Positions 1 through 13,310 are shown, counted from the first letter of the stretch. The stretch is 64,000 nt of DNA from Eledone cirrhosa (GCA_964016885.1 OZ024742.1:131130001-131194000); one strand, 5' to 3'. Numbers and translations: made by a program. Notes: generated by a model not told the origin, from the letters alone.

Positions 1-680
1 GACCCTGCAAAAAAGATCTGTCCGAGGTATGTGCGTAACGAAGGAACCGTCGCACACGCATTCATACACTGCCCGGGCGTCACTGACCTGTGGGGCTATG
101 CAGAACGACTATTGTCGCGGGTGAGACCAATCCGGTTGACCACCGAGTCCATTGTCATGATCAAACCGCCACCCTCCTTCAAAAACGAAGGAGAGGCGGT
201 TTTCCTTTGTGTGATAGCTATGGCGAAAGAGGTTGTATGGTGGACAAGGTTGAAAGGGCTTAGGTCAGACACCTTTCTCTCCGGCCAACAACTGATTCTT
301 TTTTTCAAATACCACTTTGGAAGAAGAGTCAGGATGGAGAGAGAGGTGCTGTACCCCAGCAAGTTTTATGAAAGGTGGGTGAAAGTGGCGAGAATGTCCC
401 GAGTGAATGGGCCTTCTCTCTATATCAGCCTGTAGGTTGAGGAAAAGGAGGAGGAGAGGAAAGGAGTACAAACTCTTCGTACTCCTGGAGATGAGGATTG
501 CACATTGTTTCGGGGGTATGTGTTATCCATACAAACTGTCTCCCCCTATTGGGGAAAATCGACTAACTTTTTAAATTGTATTTGTGATAACATTTTACAC
601 GTTTTTATTGTATGTAAACTTCCCCCTTTGTATTTGTCCCCTTCTTTTGTGCCCCTGTGGCTAATAAAGAAACATATCTA
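1..680 (+). mobile_element. 3' end of an L1/Tx1-like LINE (C-terminal zf-RVT region of ORF2 plus 3' UTR)
   Basis: Frame 1 reads DPAKKICPRYVRNEGTVAHAFIHCP..LW, a degenerate CxxC..HxxxxC zinc finger typical of L1/Tx1 ORF2 C-termini, with a stop at 435. The 3' UTR ends with AATAAA at ~663 followed by a (TATC)/(TA) tail. Confidence 0.75.
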
Positions 681-1410
681 TCTATCTATAGCTATCTATC
701 CATTTCTTTCCTCTCTCAATATATCTCTATATCTATATATATATATATTTATGTGTGTGTGTATGTATGTGTATGTATGTGTATTTGTGTATATGTGTGT
801 GTGTGTGTGTATATAATGATTATCTATACTATGCTCAGCTCATCGTATAGAAATTCTAAGGTAAAAATTAACATAAGTATAGTTAAAATTTGCTACCTTA
901 CTCCCCGCGATATGAAAATTTAATTATAGTTGAAGAACATTCTTTTATTCACTAAGTACCGAGAAAAAACGTTATCATATTGGTAATACGTGGGCAGACC
1001 TCATCAGGCCACAGTTGCCCTCAATATCTTATTTCTATCGAAAATTATAATCATATACTTTGCAATGCACTAAATACATGTATCGAGTTAACAGTTTTCT
1101 TGTTGATGTTCCTGTATCTGTATTTTACCTGGGTATTTGTTGTTACTGTTGTCTGGACCATACCTACACATTCTGTACAAAGCCCCTTTCAAACCCGAAT
1201 CAACAGTTAGAGCGTTGAGAGAACGTGTTTATTTTGTTTATCATTGAGTATTGATCGAGCCATTTGAGATACATCGGCTCCTGTTGTTTTCAGTAGAGTC
1301 TTATTACCCCCCTCCCACACACACACATATATATATATAGATATATATCCAAATATTTGAGGTCTGTGGGTAATCCGCTGGCTGGATAGGTTGGTAAATA
1401 GAGCAGTTAC

Positions 1411-1572
1411 AATTTCGACGTGTCGGGCTTAAGCCCTCCTTCAGCAGTACAAATAAAGACAAGATCACAAAGGAGAAACAGAAAAAAAGGTCCAGTAAAG
1501 ACGTTTCTCCTCTGTGATCCTCTTTCTATTTGTACCCCTGAAGACGGGCTTAAACCCGACACGTCGAACTTT
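1411..1572. repeat. ~70-bp inverted repeat (1411-1480 / 1503-1572); each arm carries a degenerate PLE-type hammerhead motif
   Basis: The reverse complement of the left arm (gtttctcctttgtgatcttgtctttatttgtactgctgaaggagggcttaagcccgacacgtcgaaatt) aligns with the right arm (gtttctcctctgtgatcctctttctatttgtacccctgaagacgggcttaaacccgacacgtcgaactt). The block lies between (TA)n tracts. Confidence 0.75.
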
Positions 1573-1633
1573 CTTTTCTCTTTCCAATATAAAGCACGAA
1601 ACTAATACGACTTTTTGTATCTCTGTTTGTATC

Positions 1634-1675
<42 letters not shown>

Positions 1676-2339
1676 CGAAGGAAGTGTGGTAAGGAACCAG
1701 ATGGACCAGAGTACTCAATACTTAGGGTAGTAGAGTGGGTAATGGGAAAATGTTCAAGACCTCGACGGCAGAGCTCAAGCCGTTTCGACGGCTATTTCTG
1801 GACTAAATTAGAATTTTTAGCGTGGTAATAAATATCCGAACTTTTCAAGGGGTAATTCCTTATATGGGAAGATTGAGGTTGTCAAAAGAATTGGTCAACA
1901 TTTCTTGTAAACACAATTAAATCTTTCATGGTGGTGGGTGGGAGGTAGTGGTGGCTGAACTTGCCTGTAGAACAATGAGGGATTGGGTGGAGCTGGTCAA
2001 GCGTTGAAAGTGAATTCTATACAGCAAATTGTAAGGAGTGATTTCAACTCAGACCGTAAGGACCGTAACTCTATTCTGCAAAGCATGGTGTCCGACTCTC
2101 TACCGATACTGCCAATCCACCTCCCTATATGGAAAGTATCAAAGCCTGGATATAATTAAAAAAAAAGTAAAGAAGAAAGAAAAAGAAAAACAGGAGAAAA
2201 ATAATTAGGCTAGAGGAAGTAGGCGAAAAAGGATTCTGGGGGAATCTGAGTGGGAAGTTATAAAATTAAAAGGTTAATAAATTGATTAAAAATTAAAAAA
2301 ATAATAAATAAAAATAATAATAATATTAAAAAATTAAAT

Positions 2340-2527
2340 AATAATTGTTTCTACTTTTGGCACAAGGCCAGCAATTACCTAGTACATTACTGGTACTTTA
2401 TTTTATCGACCCCGTAAGGATGAAAGTCAAAGTGAACCTCGGCGGGATTTGAACTCAGAATGATAAGGGCCGTAACTCTATGCGTCAAAGCATGGCGTCC
2501 GACCGATACTGCCAATCCACCGCCCTT
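2340..2527 (-). mobile_element. tRNA-derived SINE family A (Meta-domain-like core)
   Basis: Head ggcggtggattggcagtatcgg (A-box-like) and gagttcaaatccc (B-box); central gcctttcatccttacggggtcgataaaataaagtaccag; tail ttgtgccaaaagtagaaacaattatt. More than 10 copies occur in the window. Confidence 0.85.
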
Positions 2528-3006
2528 ATTTAAAATTAAATAATAATAAAAAATAATAATAAAAAAACTAGAGTCTAAAGCAGCTGCTATATTTTTAGCT
2601 GGTATTGCGTTTTCGGCCAGTGCTATATAGAATTTACCAAATATATTACGAATTCCACCTATTGTCTTGAGTAGTTAAGTTCTCTTTTCAATCATGAGGT
2701 CCCAGATTCCACCCTGCTGTTTGGCATCTTGGAAAAGTATTTTTACCATAGTCTTGGGTCAACCCAACACCTGTGAGTGAAACAGAAGGCGAACCTCTTA
2801 ACAATTAAGCTATAACTACATGCATAATTTTACATATGTTTTAGCTATCATGTCCTCACGGTATAGCTGTTCTGTCCAACCATCAGTGTAAAGTTTGCCA
2901 CTTCAATGGTCTTTATTCCTAGTTTTAAATTATTTTTCTCCTGTTTTACTTTTTCTTTCTTCACTTTTTTTTTTTATTATATCAGGTTTTGATACTTTCT
3001 ATATAG

Positions 3007-3420
3007 GGAGGTGGATTGGCAGTATCGGTAGAGAGTCGGACACCATGCTTTGCAGAATAGAGTTACGGTCCTTACGGTCTGAGTTGAAATCACGCCGAGG
3101 TTAACTTTGCCTTTCGTTTTCATCCTTACAGGGTCGATAAAATAAAGCACCAGTAACCTACTGGGGTAGATTTAATCGACTTTCTGATCCCCAAAATTAC
3201 CAGCCTTGTACCTATACTAGAAATCATTGTTAGAGCGTCGGCCAAACGCTTAACCATATTTGTTTCGGCTGAGATCAAATCCAGCCGAATTCTGCCATTG
3301 TGTTTCAAGTTTCCGAGAGCGATAAAATAAATTACCACTCACATAGTGGGGTCGACATAATTGACTTTCATTTCAGTGCCAAGATTGTTGCCATTGTGCT
3401 TCAATAAGAAATAATTATGG
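3007..3420 (+). mobile_element. SINE family A copy (3007-3228) followed by an older diverged copy
   Basis: Same head, B-box and core (gggtcgataaaataaagcaccag). A second degenerate core (gcgataaaataaattaccac) is at ~3320. Confidence 0.8.
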
Positions 3421-4109
3421 TATACCATAAATATGTAAATAAATATTGCTTAATCTTACATTTAATGGACGATTCACAAGATAGAATATATTATGTCTGC
3501 TTAAATTTATTTCGAATTAGTTTTGGAACATTATTTTTTTCCTTTCTTCGAGAATTGATAAAATTCGAAAAATAGATGTGGGTATGTCTTTAGTCGGTGA
3601 ATCGCTTTGTTATTATTGTTCAAGACGTCTCTGAGTATTGGTTGGCAGTAGCATTGAGGTAGCGTTATGTATAATAGATTATATATGAAAACATATACGA
3701 TATGTTTATGTACAATAAACACATAACCTCGCTATCAAAGAAAAAAACATTTTCTCCTTATGAAAAAAACAGTTTTCCTTTTTGTTGTGAATATGCCTCA
3801 GATATCTCAGTAGCCGTTAAGAATGCCAGACAGCTGTTTCAAGATTCATTAATCTCTCATTAGTGACATTCACTCCCTGAGTATATAGTTTTTAAGATTG
3901 TATTCAATATTGGAAGCATATGCACGATTAGCTAGACCACAATCTTCAAAATAAAAGTAACATGTGTACAGAGACGTTAAGAAGTTTTGAGTTGATATTT
4001 GGGTAGTTTCTACAAAAACCCTAGACCTATAAATGCAGGTTTATGGTGTATAATGATAAACTAGAGTGACCCTTCAGCTGACTATTCCATTGATTCCAAC
4101 ACAACAAAA

Positions 4110-4111
4110 TC

Positions 4112-4179
<68 letters not shown>

Positions 4180-4187
4180 AAGAGAGA

Positions 4188-4227
<40 letters not shown>

Positions 4228-4240
4228 GAGAGAGAGAGAA
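4110..4240. repeat. (GA)n microsatellite
   Basis: Directly visible. Confidence 0.95.
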
Positions 4241-4479
4241 GACTTGACACCTCGAAAGGACCTTATGATACGTATGAAGCATCTCATGGGGCCCGCAAAT
4301 CTAACCTCTGGTTTTCCAATAGCAAATGACCTTAAAACTAACTGTTGCTGCATTGATTTATAGCAATGTGTACAAAATAACAAAGCCAAAAAAAATAACC
4401 AAAAGACCCCAAAACAAACAAAAACAACAAAAAACAACAATAAATTAAAATTAAATGAGTGAAATCACGTTCAATGCCA

Positions 4480-4750
4480 TAGTCTGTTTATTGATTGATA
4501 TGAGCATCCCTAGCGATCACAATATTTCAGCCAAGAATTTGACAAGCTCAGAAAATATAAAGATTTGCTCATTGAAATGGAAAAAAATATGGCATCTCAA
4601 GGTAGTTATAATACCAGGAATGATTAAAAAAAGGAACAGAAAATTGAGAAAGATTCCTAACATATTATCTCTGCAAGAAATGTAAAAAGTTGTTTTAACT
4701 GATACTGCAACCATATTGAGAAGAGTTCTATCGCTGTGAGAATGATAATC
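4480..4750 (+). mobile_element. Degenerate 3' fragment of an R4/Dong-type element (restriction-like endonuclease)
   Basis: CLLIDMSIPSDHNISAK...IWHLKVVIIPGMIKK...IPNILSLQEM*KVVLTDTATILRRVLS matches the C-terminus of the 40180-42963 ORF (CLLIDMSVPIDKNVSIK...IQKIVLMGTAHILRKILS). Confidence 0.8.
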
Positions 4751-5039
4751 CTCCACAAGGAGAAATTAAATATTTCTTTTTGTACAGAACTTTATTTAAA
4801 TTTATTCCATAATGTAAGTTGTAACTAATCGAGAACTAATATATGCTTGGCTATCATTTTGTTGTAAATAGAATTTTAAACAGATAATGTACACGTGTAT
4901 AAAGCTAATGATATACTTGTGAATGTGTAAAATGTGTGATATGAATATTTTGGTGTGAATATTTGGTGTGTATATTTGGTGTGTATATTTGGTGTGTATA
5001 TTTTATATCAATATATGCAGTGATGTCGGGACTCGGCAA

Positions 5040-5570
5040 GAAGTATAGACAAAATTGACGGAAGAGGAAAAATACAATTACACCAGAAAAGCAACCATAT
5101 TCTGGGATATGCCGATACACACAGACACGGAGGTCAAAGCCAACTGAACGGATATTATAGTCAAAGACCACAAAGAAAACAAAAACATCTTCTAATTGAT
5201 GTATTAATCTCTATAGACGACAATATATCTACAAAAGAAATGAAGAAACTATCCATATATAAAAGTTTAAAGATAGAAATAACTCCGATGTAGAAGATGA
5301 AAGCAGAAACAATACCTGTAATAATCCGTGTTCTGGGAATGCTAAAAAAACCAGACAGACACATAACCAAAACAACAGGACACACAAATATGTACAATAC
5401 TGTATACAAAAAAATAGAACTATTAGGCTCTGCACAAATTACGAAGAGTACTCTGAATACAATAGAAACAACAACAAAAACCTCACTGCACACACCCAAG
5501 GCTCTCAGAGCTGTGCTCGGTAATGCAGTGACCACGCGAAATAAAAAAACAAAACAAGAATAATCATAAT
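5040..5570 (+). mobile_element. Second degenerate R4/Dong-type RLE 3' fragment with 3' UTR and AAT-like tail
   Basis: DIIVKDHK..FLIDVLISIDDNISTKEMKKLSIYKSLKIEI..MKAETIPVIIRVLGML...KIELLGSAQI is homologous to the RLE of the 40180 ORF. It ends in aataatcataat. Confidence 0.8.
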
Positions 5571-5875
5571 AGTTTCTGATTTAGAAAAAGGCCAGCAATT
5601 TTTGGGAGGGAAAAGTCAATTAAATCGACCACAGAGCGTTATTGGTACTTTATGTTATCGCCTCCATAAAGATGAAAGCCAAAGCTAATCTCGGTGGAAT
5701 TTGAAATCAAAATGCAAAGGGCCATAACTCTATGCTGCGAAGCATGTTGTCTGACGCTCTACCGATTCTGCCATATAATAATAATAATTGTTTCTACTAA
5801 TGGCACAAGGCCAGCAATTATCCCAGTGCATTACTGGTACTTTATTTTATCGACCCCGTAAGGATGAAAGGCAAA
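5565..5875 (-). mobile_element. Two adjacent SINE family A copies (the second truncated)
   Basis: Reverse-complemented tail, core and head of family A. Confidence 0.8.
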
Positions 5876-6630
5876 TGTCTGTAGGCAGAAACGCATTGAT
5901 GACATCACTATGAGATGGTCGAGTAGAGCGCTTCGAATACAAGTGTCCTTGAGTCTCTGGTAACCTGTGACGAGAGCTGGATCTACTGTTACGATCCAGA
6001 GATCAAGAGACAGAATGCTCAGGGAAACATTCTGACACCTCTAGACCCGAGAAGGCCAGGCAAAGCAGGTACTCAGGGTAGCTCACGATGATCCCATTCT
6101 TCGACAGCAATGAAATTATCTACATCCACTGGGTTCCCCACATCCAGACAGTCAACAAAGACTACTATGTAGAGTTTTTGAATAAGTTCAGTTAGAGATC
6201 TGGTGGCAATAGATCACAACTCTTCAGGTCTGGTCAATGGTATCTGCACCAGGACCAGGACCAGGACAATTTAGGCTGCCAGAAATCCATCCTGGTGATC
6301 AGCTACTTGACCGGTAATGGGATGAAGACTGTCCCTCATCCTCTCTAAAGTCCAGACTTTAGTTCCATGTGACTTCTGGATGTTTCTGAAGCTGAAGAAG
6401 ATGTTCAAGGATATTCGCTTCGAGGATGATGAGGAGAAGAAGGAGGCTGTGACAAGTGTCCTGGACCCCTTTACGTTCATGGACTGCAAGGGGGTTTCCA
6501 GAAAGGGCTCGAGCGTTACAATTATATTGCAGTTGGAGAATCCTACTTTCAGGTAAACTAGAGAATTGTATCGACTGAGTTAAATAAATGTCTCTGATAA
6601 AAGACTCAAAACTTCTTGAGTGTATCTCGC
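5876..6630 (+). mobile_element. Mariner (Tc1/mariner, DD34D-type) transposase remnant with probable right TIR
   Basis: Broken frames give SLVTCDESWIYCYDPEIKRQNAQ, MIPFFDSNEIIYIHWVP..QTVNKDYYVEFL, WYLHQD(QDQD)N and VPHPL*SPD(L)VPCDFWMFLKLK (the YSPDLAPxDF motif). It ends in aaaacttcttgagtgtatctcg. Confidence 0.85.
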
Positions 6631-6784
6631 TCCATTGAGGGAGCAAGCCAAGCCCTCAGGTTTCGACGTCGGTATTTTATGTTTTTAAATATATCCACTT
6701 AGCATCTCACCATGCATAGAGTACTACCGTCATGTGTGGTTTGCCCGGTCTTCGTACCGCAGACATTCCTTATATATATAGTAT

Positions 6785-7150
6785 TAATGCATTCTAGTAT
6801 AGGCACAATGCCAGTAATTTAGGGGGAGGGGATAGTCGATTAGATCGACCCCACTACGTTACTGGGGCTATATTTTATCAAGCCCGTAAGGATGAAAGGC
6901 AAAGTTAACCTCGGAGGGATTTGAACTCAGACCGTAAAGCGCCGTAACTCTATACTGAAAAGCATACTGCCAATCCGCCACCCTGTATATATAGTAATAA
7001 TTGTTTCTACTTTAGGCACAAGGCCAGCAATTACCCAGTACGTTACTGCTACTTTATTTTATCGACCCCGTAAGGATGAAAGGCAAAGTCAACCACGGCG
7101 GGATTTGAACTCAGATCGTAAAGGGACGTAACTATGCCAATCCACCGATA
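6785..7150 (-). mobile_element. Two tandem SINE family A copies
   Basis: Core ccgtaaggatgaaaggcaaagt and gatttgaactcaga are each seen twice. Confidence 0.85.
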
Positions 7151-7223
7151 ATAAATGAGTTTCAGAAGATCGCGTTAAGAGTGAAAGCAGCGATTCTTTG
7201 CTTAAACTTTAATCCGTTCTTAT

Positions 7224-7291
<68 letters not shown>

Positions 7292-7409
7292 CATATATAC
7301 ACACACAGATATATCTATTGTTCAAATCCCTAATGTGTTATGTTTATTAACATTCTCTTTAATTCTTAAATATTTCGTGCCACTCTATTACCAAAACCAG
7401 CTACAGTTC

Positions 7410-7820
7410 CACCACACCGCCACCATCATCATCACCACCACCACCACCACCACCACCACGACTATCACCACCATCACCACCACCACCACTACAACAACCA
7501 CCACCACCACCAACACCACCATCACCACCACCAACAACACCACCACAACGACGACCACCACCACCACCATCACTATTTCCACTACTACCACCATCACCAC
7601 CACCACCACCACCACCACCACTACCACCACCATCTCCACCACTACCACCAATACGACCAATACCACCACCACCACCACCACCACCACCACTACCAAGACC
7701 ACCACCACCACCACCACCACCACCACCATCCCCACCACCACCATCTTCATCACCATCACCACTCTCACCATCACCACCACCAGTATCATCACCACCACAA
7801 CCACCATCTCCACCACTATT
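7410..7820. repeat. Imperfect (ACC)n trinucleotide tract
   Basis: Directly visible; it explains the poly-Thr and poly-Val ORFs. Confidence 0.95.
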
Positions 7821-8315
7821 ACAGCTACATACATAAACATTATATTTAAATACTAATTAAACCCACATATTCCCATTAACTGCAATCATTAAACGTATTT
7901 CACAGCCGCCATATTGCATCAGTTGCTACTTCTTTCATCGTATATTTTCGTTTTATCATCCTTTTAGATAAAACATTTACATACACTAACAAACATACAC
8001 ACACAAACGCTCACACACACAAACACACACGTACACATACAAACACATACACTCACTCCTTCTCACACACTCTCTCACTCACTCTCTCTTACTCTCAATC
8101 TCTCTCTACCCCTCCTCTCTCTCTCTCACTTTCATTCTCTCTCACTCTCTCTCTCTCTTTACCCCCCCCCCCCCCTCTCTCCCTCTCTCTCGCATACACA
8201 CATAACAACTTGTCACGTTAACCTTGAACATTTTCATACTTTTTCTTTCGGGTTGGACCTAATTCTTGTTGGAAGAATGGAAACTTTTGTCATATTTCTC
8301 AAATCATGAATATCA

Positions 8316-8378
8316 AAAATAATAATAACAATAAAAATAACAACAACAACAGCCACAACAACAACAATTATGATTTCT

Positions 8379-8433
<55 letters not shown>

Positions 8434-8460
8434 TAATGATAATAAAATAATAATGATAGT
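8316..8460. repeat. (AAT)n/(AAC)n microsatellite
   Basis: Directly visible. Confidence 0.9.
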
Positions 8461-8699
8461 GATACTATTAAACATGTTTTCAATTCTTATTGCCATTAGC
8501 GCCCTTTCATATATCTAATAAACGTCTTTTACATAGTGTTTACAAAGGCGGCTGCATGGACAAAAGTTATATAAAATATGATGGGAACATCAGAGAAGTT
8601 ATACAATAAATAATTGGACTCTTGAAAATTTGATATGAATTTAACACAGGGATAGTTATATAAATAGGACAATGAAGCTGATAATAACATAATACGCTT

Positions 8700-9040
8700 T
8701 CATGTCTATCAATAAATTATTAGATAGATATTACTTCAAGGTCTCACCGGATAGAATTGTGAAAACCCCATCTAACTCTCGCGGCTCATTCTTGTGGATT
8801 GCTATCGCCACCCTAACCACCATAAGTAGAGAGTTTGTTCAGGAACCAAGGACATTAGATATTTCTACTGTTGTCGGTTTTACGATAATCCTAACGGAGA
8901 GCACCTTATATTTTGATAGCTTGCGATATTCTGCTGGCCAGGCAACGGAGCCTGGGTCTTATACAAACACATCTAAACTATAATAAAGTAACGAGTGCGG
9001 GACTGCATCCAGAATATATCTTTTTTATTCCGTTTGCTAA
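8700..9040 (-). mobile_element. Possible highly decayed PLE GIY-YIG fragment
   Basis: Minus-strand pieces FRCVC and NVLGS*TNSLLMVVRVAIAIHKNEP loosely resemble PLE endonuclease motifs. Weak. Confidence 0.3.
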
Positions 9041-9439
9041 ATAAGTTGGATTACTTTGAATAAATAATGAATGAATATTACATAATTTATCTACTAAATT
9101 TCGTGGCTGTTCATTAAATATATTTTATTATTTATTTAAAGAGTCATTTCTTTAAAATTTTCAAATATCAACACTTCCGGTTAGCGATCGCTTAAATAAA
9201 CATTCATATTTCCGTCGCTAATTTCTCTCCTAATGCAGTTTATATATAATATCGTCTTTTTTTAATGTATCATGAATTACGTTACTGACTACATAAGAAA
9301 GTGTAACACAGTCTTCGTTCAATTTCTGTGAATATTGTCAATTACGATTTTATTTGATGTATCATATCTACATATATATACTTGCGTATAATATCAATAT
9401 GCATACTACACAGCCGAAGGGTGGTTTTCTGCTATGGTC

Positions 9440-9690
9440 ACGGCACATGGCTTAGTGGTTAGAGCATTGGGCTTGCAATCGAAAGGTTGTGAGTTCAATT
9501 CTCAGACCGGGTGATGTGTTGTTTCCTTGAGCAAGACACTTTATTTCACATTGCTCCAGTTTACTCAGCTGTAGAAATGAGATGATAGGGACTGGGGTTC
9601 CCTATCATTAAATTACCCAAGACAACTCCAAAGAGATATACCTTGTAGGAGGCCAGCTAAACCTGCATAGGTGTGATCTGTCAGACACAC
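9440..9690 (+). mobile_element. tRNA-derived SINE family B (CORE-like central domain)
   Basis: tggcttagtggttagagc (A-box), gagttcaattctc (B-box) and tccttgagcaagacactt (CORE-like). Head and tail are near-identical to 44217-44465. Confidence 0.85.
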
Positions 9691-10171
9691 GGGTCTGAGA
9701 ATATCTTGCTCTCTTCCGCCAACCATTAAAATAGATTAGACAAACAAATGTAAATAAAAAAACCCACCCAACTCTAAACTACTTATGTGACTCTATCAAG
9801 CCACTGTCTGTCTGGCTCTTTCTGTAATGTTTACATTCCTTTCAAAATCAAATAATTTCGTGTATCATCGAGTGTTGATCGGATCATCTCAGATAAACCG
9901 GCTTATGTTGCTATCGTACATCGATAAATTCCATTCATACACACACACGCACACAGGCAGACACACCAGCATCCCCCTATATATATAAATATATATACAT
10001 ATATATAGGAAAAAGTGTGACCCCGACGGCAGAGCTCAAGCCGTTTCGACGGTATTGAGTACTCTGGTGCGTTATGGTCCATCTGGTTCTTTACTATACT
10101 TCCTTTGTTATATATATATATATATATATATATATGTAAAAAAAAAATATATATATATGTATATATATACA

Positions 10172-10233
<62 letters not shown>

Positions 10234-10454
10234 CATTTAATATATGTATGCATGTGTCTTTGTTTGTATTTCATTAATTTCGAGTACATTTTTGACCGGC
10301 CACCTTCCTGGTGGCAAGGTTGTAAAAGAAAAGAAATTGTTATCCCTTGAATCGCAAGAATGTTTTGCAAATATTGAAGGTATCAGCTATCGCAGCTATT
10401 TGTAGTTTATGTATGTATATATGTATATAGGTAGGTAGGTATGTGTTTGAATTA

Positions 10455-10710
10455 AGGTGCCTGGCTTTGTGGTAAAATTGTGAAACTCACACGTACAGAC
10501 GTGATATCAATTCCTGTTGTGTCCTTGAGCAAAGCTTTGCTTCACATTGCAGGAGTCCACTCAGTTGGAAAATATGAGTTGTCTCTCTAATTTAAGGTGC
10601 CAGTCTTGTCAAACAGGTTTTAAGAAGAATCTACCTGAAAACTTCGTTAAGGCTACGTGTCTCTGGAAAAATACTCAGCAATTTGCACGTTAATTACACA
10701 AGCAAGGTAT
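10455..10710 (+). mobile_element. Diverged SINE family B copy
   Basis: gtgtccttgagcaaagcttt...cactcagttggaaaatatgag core. Confidence 0.65.
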
Positions 10711-11445
10711 TATATATATAGCAACCTCTCATACATTATACGCATATATATAAATATACATGTCTGCGTGTATGTGTATATATACAAAATATGGGTGTAA
10801 AGTAAAGGTTTAATATTTGGGATGTATATAGTTATAGTTATATCGTATGTGAAATAGGTATAGTTTAAATATATGTATGAAGTAAACATACACCCAACAT
10901 AAACATTTCTACATTAACTATAATATAAACATTTTTGAATGCTACTAACGCATCTTATTTTACTTATATTATTCGCATTACATAACATTTATTCATCTTA
11001 TCATTACGTATCTATTTTTTACCATAATGCATGCCATTTTTAACATTTTAAACATTTTAAAACATTCTGTATGTAATAAGCTTTATATATTCATTTTCTA
11101 ATTTAACTCACGCATGCCTTTATTAATATTCTGTATATTTTGTTTCGTATATCCTTACTATTACACCTTTCAATGCTATGATATCTTTTTACTGTAATGT
11201 ATTTGCTTGATATCCTTTTGCACCTGAATTACCTTTATGAATAACTTTCTATATAATATGCTCACTATTATCACTTTATGTAATAACCTCTTCACAACAG
11301 CTCCTAATACTTTGCCTATCTGTATAATATAATATCATTTCGTCACTCTTGCTTTTCAATATGATGTCACTGACACTGTCAATAGTAATGTATCTTAATG
11401 AATATTGTGGACTAGGAATGTAATTACTTGTTTAAACATTGTGTA

Positions 11446-11492
11446 TCCTCCGATGAAACCAGACAGTTGTTTAGAAGAAACGATTGTCAGCG
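11446..11492 (+). ncRNA. Degenerate minimal type I hammerhead-like motif in an AT-rich probable PLE terminal fragment (~10760-11650)
   Basis: cct-CCGATGA-a-accagac-agtt-gtttaga-a-GAAAC-gatt-GTC-agcg, the same layout as the motif at 51517-51563. Confidence 0.5.
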
Positions 11493-11679
11493 ATTAAGTG
11501 TATAAAGCAAACATTTGATTGTTTTATATTTTGTATCTCTGCTCTGTAATAGATCTGATAATTTACATTGAGCTATTTCTCTTACTGGTATTTGGGTAAT
11601 GCTTAATACTACGCTTTCATATTTATAATTATATATAACTCATATATAAGTTTAAATGATATTATTAGTATATATATGA

Positions 11680-11872
11680 GAGCGGTGGATTGGCAGTATC
11701 GGTAGAGGGTCGGACGTCATGCTTTGACGTAAAGAGTTACGGCCCTTGCCATTCTGAGTTCAAATTCCGCAGAGGTTAACTTTGCCTTTCATCCTTACGG
11801 GGTCGATAAAATAAATACCAGTAATGCAGTGGGTAATTGCTGGCCTTGTGCCAAAAGTAGAAACAATTATTA
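11680..11872 (+). mobile_element. SINE family A, full-length copy
   Basis: Head, B-box, core and tail are all present, flanked by (TA)n. Confidence 0.9.
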
Positions 11873-12125
11873 GTGTATATATATATATATATATATATAT
11901 ATTGAGAGAGAGAGAGAGAGATACAAATATATATATATATATATACATACACGTACATGCACCCACACCCATATATATATATATATATATATACCCAACA
12001 TACAGAGGTATTGATAAATATTAATTGAAAAAACCTTAAAAGTATAGATGAATACAGATAAAGAAATAGTTATTACGATAGATAGACAGATATATAGTTA
12101 GATAGATAGATCGGTAGATAGATAA

Positions 12126-12169
<44 letters not shown>

Positions 12170-12581
12170 ATAGATAGATAGAAAAGAGATAGAGAAGTAT
12201 GGAGAAAAAGAGAAATAGAGTTTCAAACGAATCTATGTTTTGACTTTGGTTGTGTGTACGAATTGTATGTTACTGGAACCAATTAAACCCCATTGATAAT
12301 GTCTTTAGACTAGTTTCAGGGAAACGCGTCGAAGAAAACAATCTAACAGAGACGGATGTTTTCCAATTCAGATTCTATGCCTTTTGATTTTTACTATTTC
12401 AATGAAAGTAAAAGGTTGCTTTCTTTACAAACCAATTCGTATTTCCACAAACTTTTCATTTCCTCAATGTTGGTAAATTCTGAAGAAAAGATAAACCGTT
12501 ACCACACACCAGTTCTTCAACAGCATTAAGCATCTTAGTCTTACACACATATACATACACGCACACAACACACACACACGT

Positions 12582-12639
<58 letters not shown>

Positions 12640-12658
12640 ACACACACACACACACATA

Positions 12659-12698
<40 letters not shown>

Positions 12699-12944
12699 CA
12701 TACACACACACACACTCTCTCACCCCCCCCCCCCACACACACACTCACATATACATATATAAAGTTGACAATTTTTTCATCGTTCGTTTTTGCAGACGAC
12801 TTTATTTCCTTCTAATTGTTTAGAGAAAAATGGTTGAAATTAGTGCCATTCTCTTCGATGTTAAATGAAGTCTTTAGCAATCACCTGAAAGTTATCATGA
12901 ATAGTAGAAATATAATAATGCTTCTCATGTATCTCATCTATATC

Positions 12945-12987
12945 ATCATGGTTATGATGACGATGATGACGATGATGACGACGCGAC

Positions 12988-13019
<32 letters not shown>

Positions 13020-13102
13020 CGACGACGACGATGATGATGATGATGATGATGATGATGACGAGGATGTTGAGTATGATGATGATGATGATCATTATCATCA
13101 TA
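12945..13102. repeat. (GAT/GAC)n microsatellite
   Basis: Directly visible. Confidence 0.95.
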
Positions 13103-13114
13103 ATTACCTACTGC

Positions 13115-13310
13115 ATGGTGGATTGGCAGTATCGGTAGAGGGTCGGAGGCCATGCTTTGCAACATAGAGTTACGTCCCTTTGCGGTCGTAGTTCAATTCC
13201 TGCCGAGGTTAACTTTGCCTTTCATCCTTACGGAGTCAATAAAAAAAATAAAGTACCAGTAATGCACTGGATTAATTGCTGGCCTTGTGCCAAAAAGTAG
13301 AAACAATTAT
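13115..13310 (+). mobile_element. SINE family A, full-length copy with probable target-site duplication
   Basis: Family A sequence flanked by attacctactgcat at ~13103-13116 and again at ~13308-13322. Confidence 0.9.

Noticed and set aside
9440-9515. tRNA genes (also 43989, 44217, 63820 and the SINE A heads)
   Set aside because: A and B boxes are present, but there is no complete cloverleaf and each continues into a SINE core.
12200-12545. Possible host exon in a unique-looking island (also 8220-8305)
   Set aside because: No open frame bounded by convincing splice sites and no recognisable protein motif. It cannot be excluded without RNA data.
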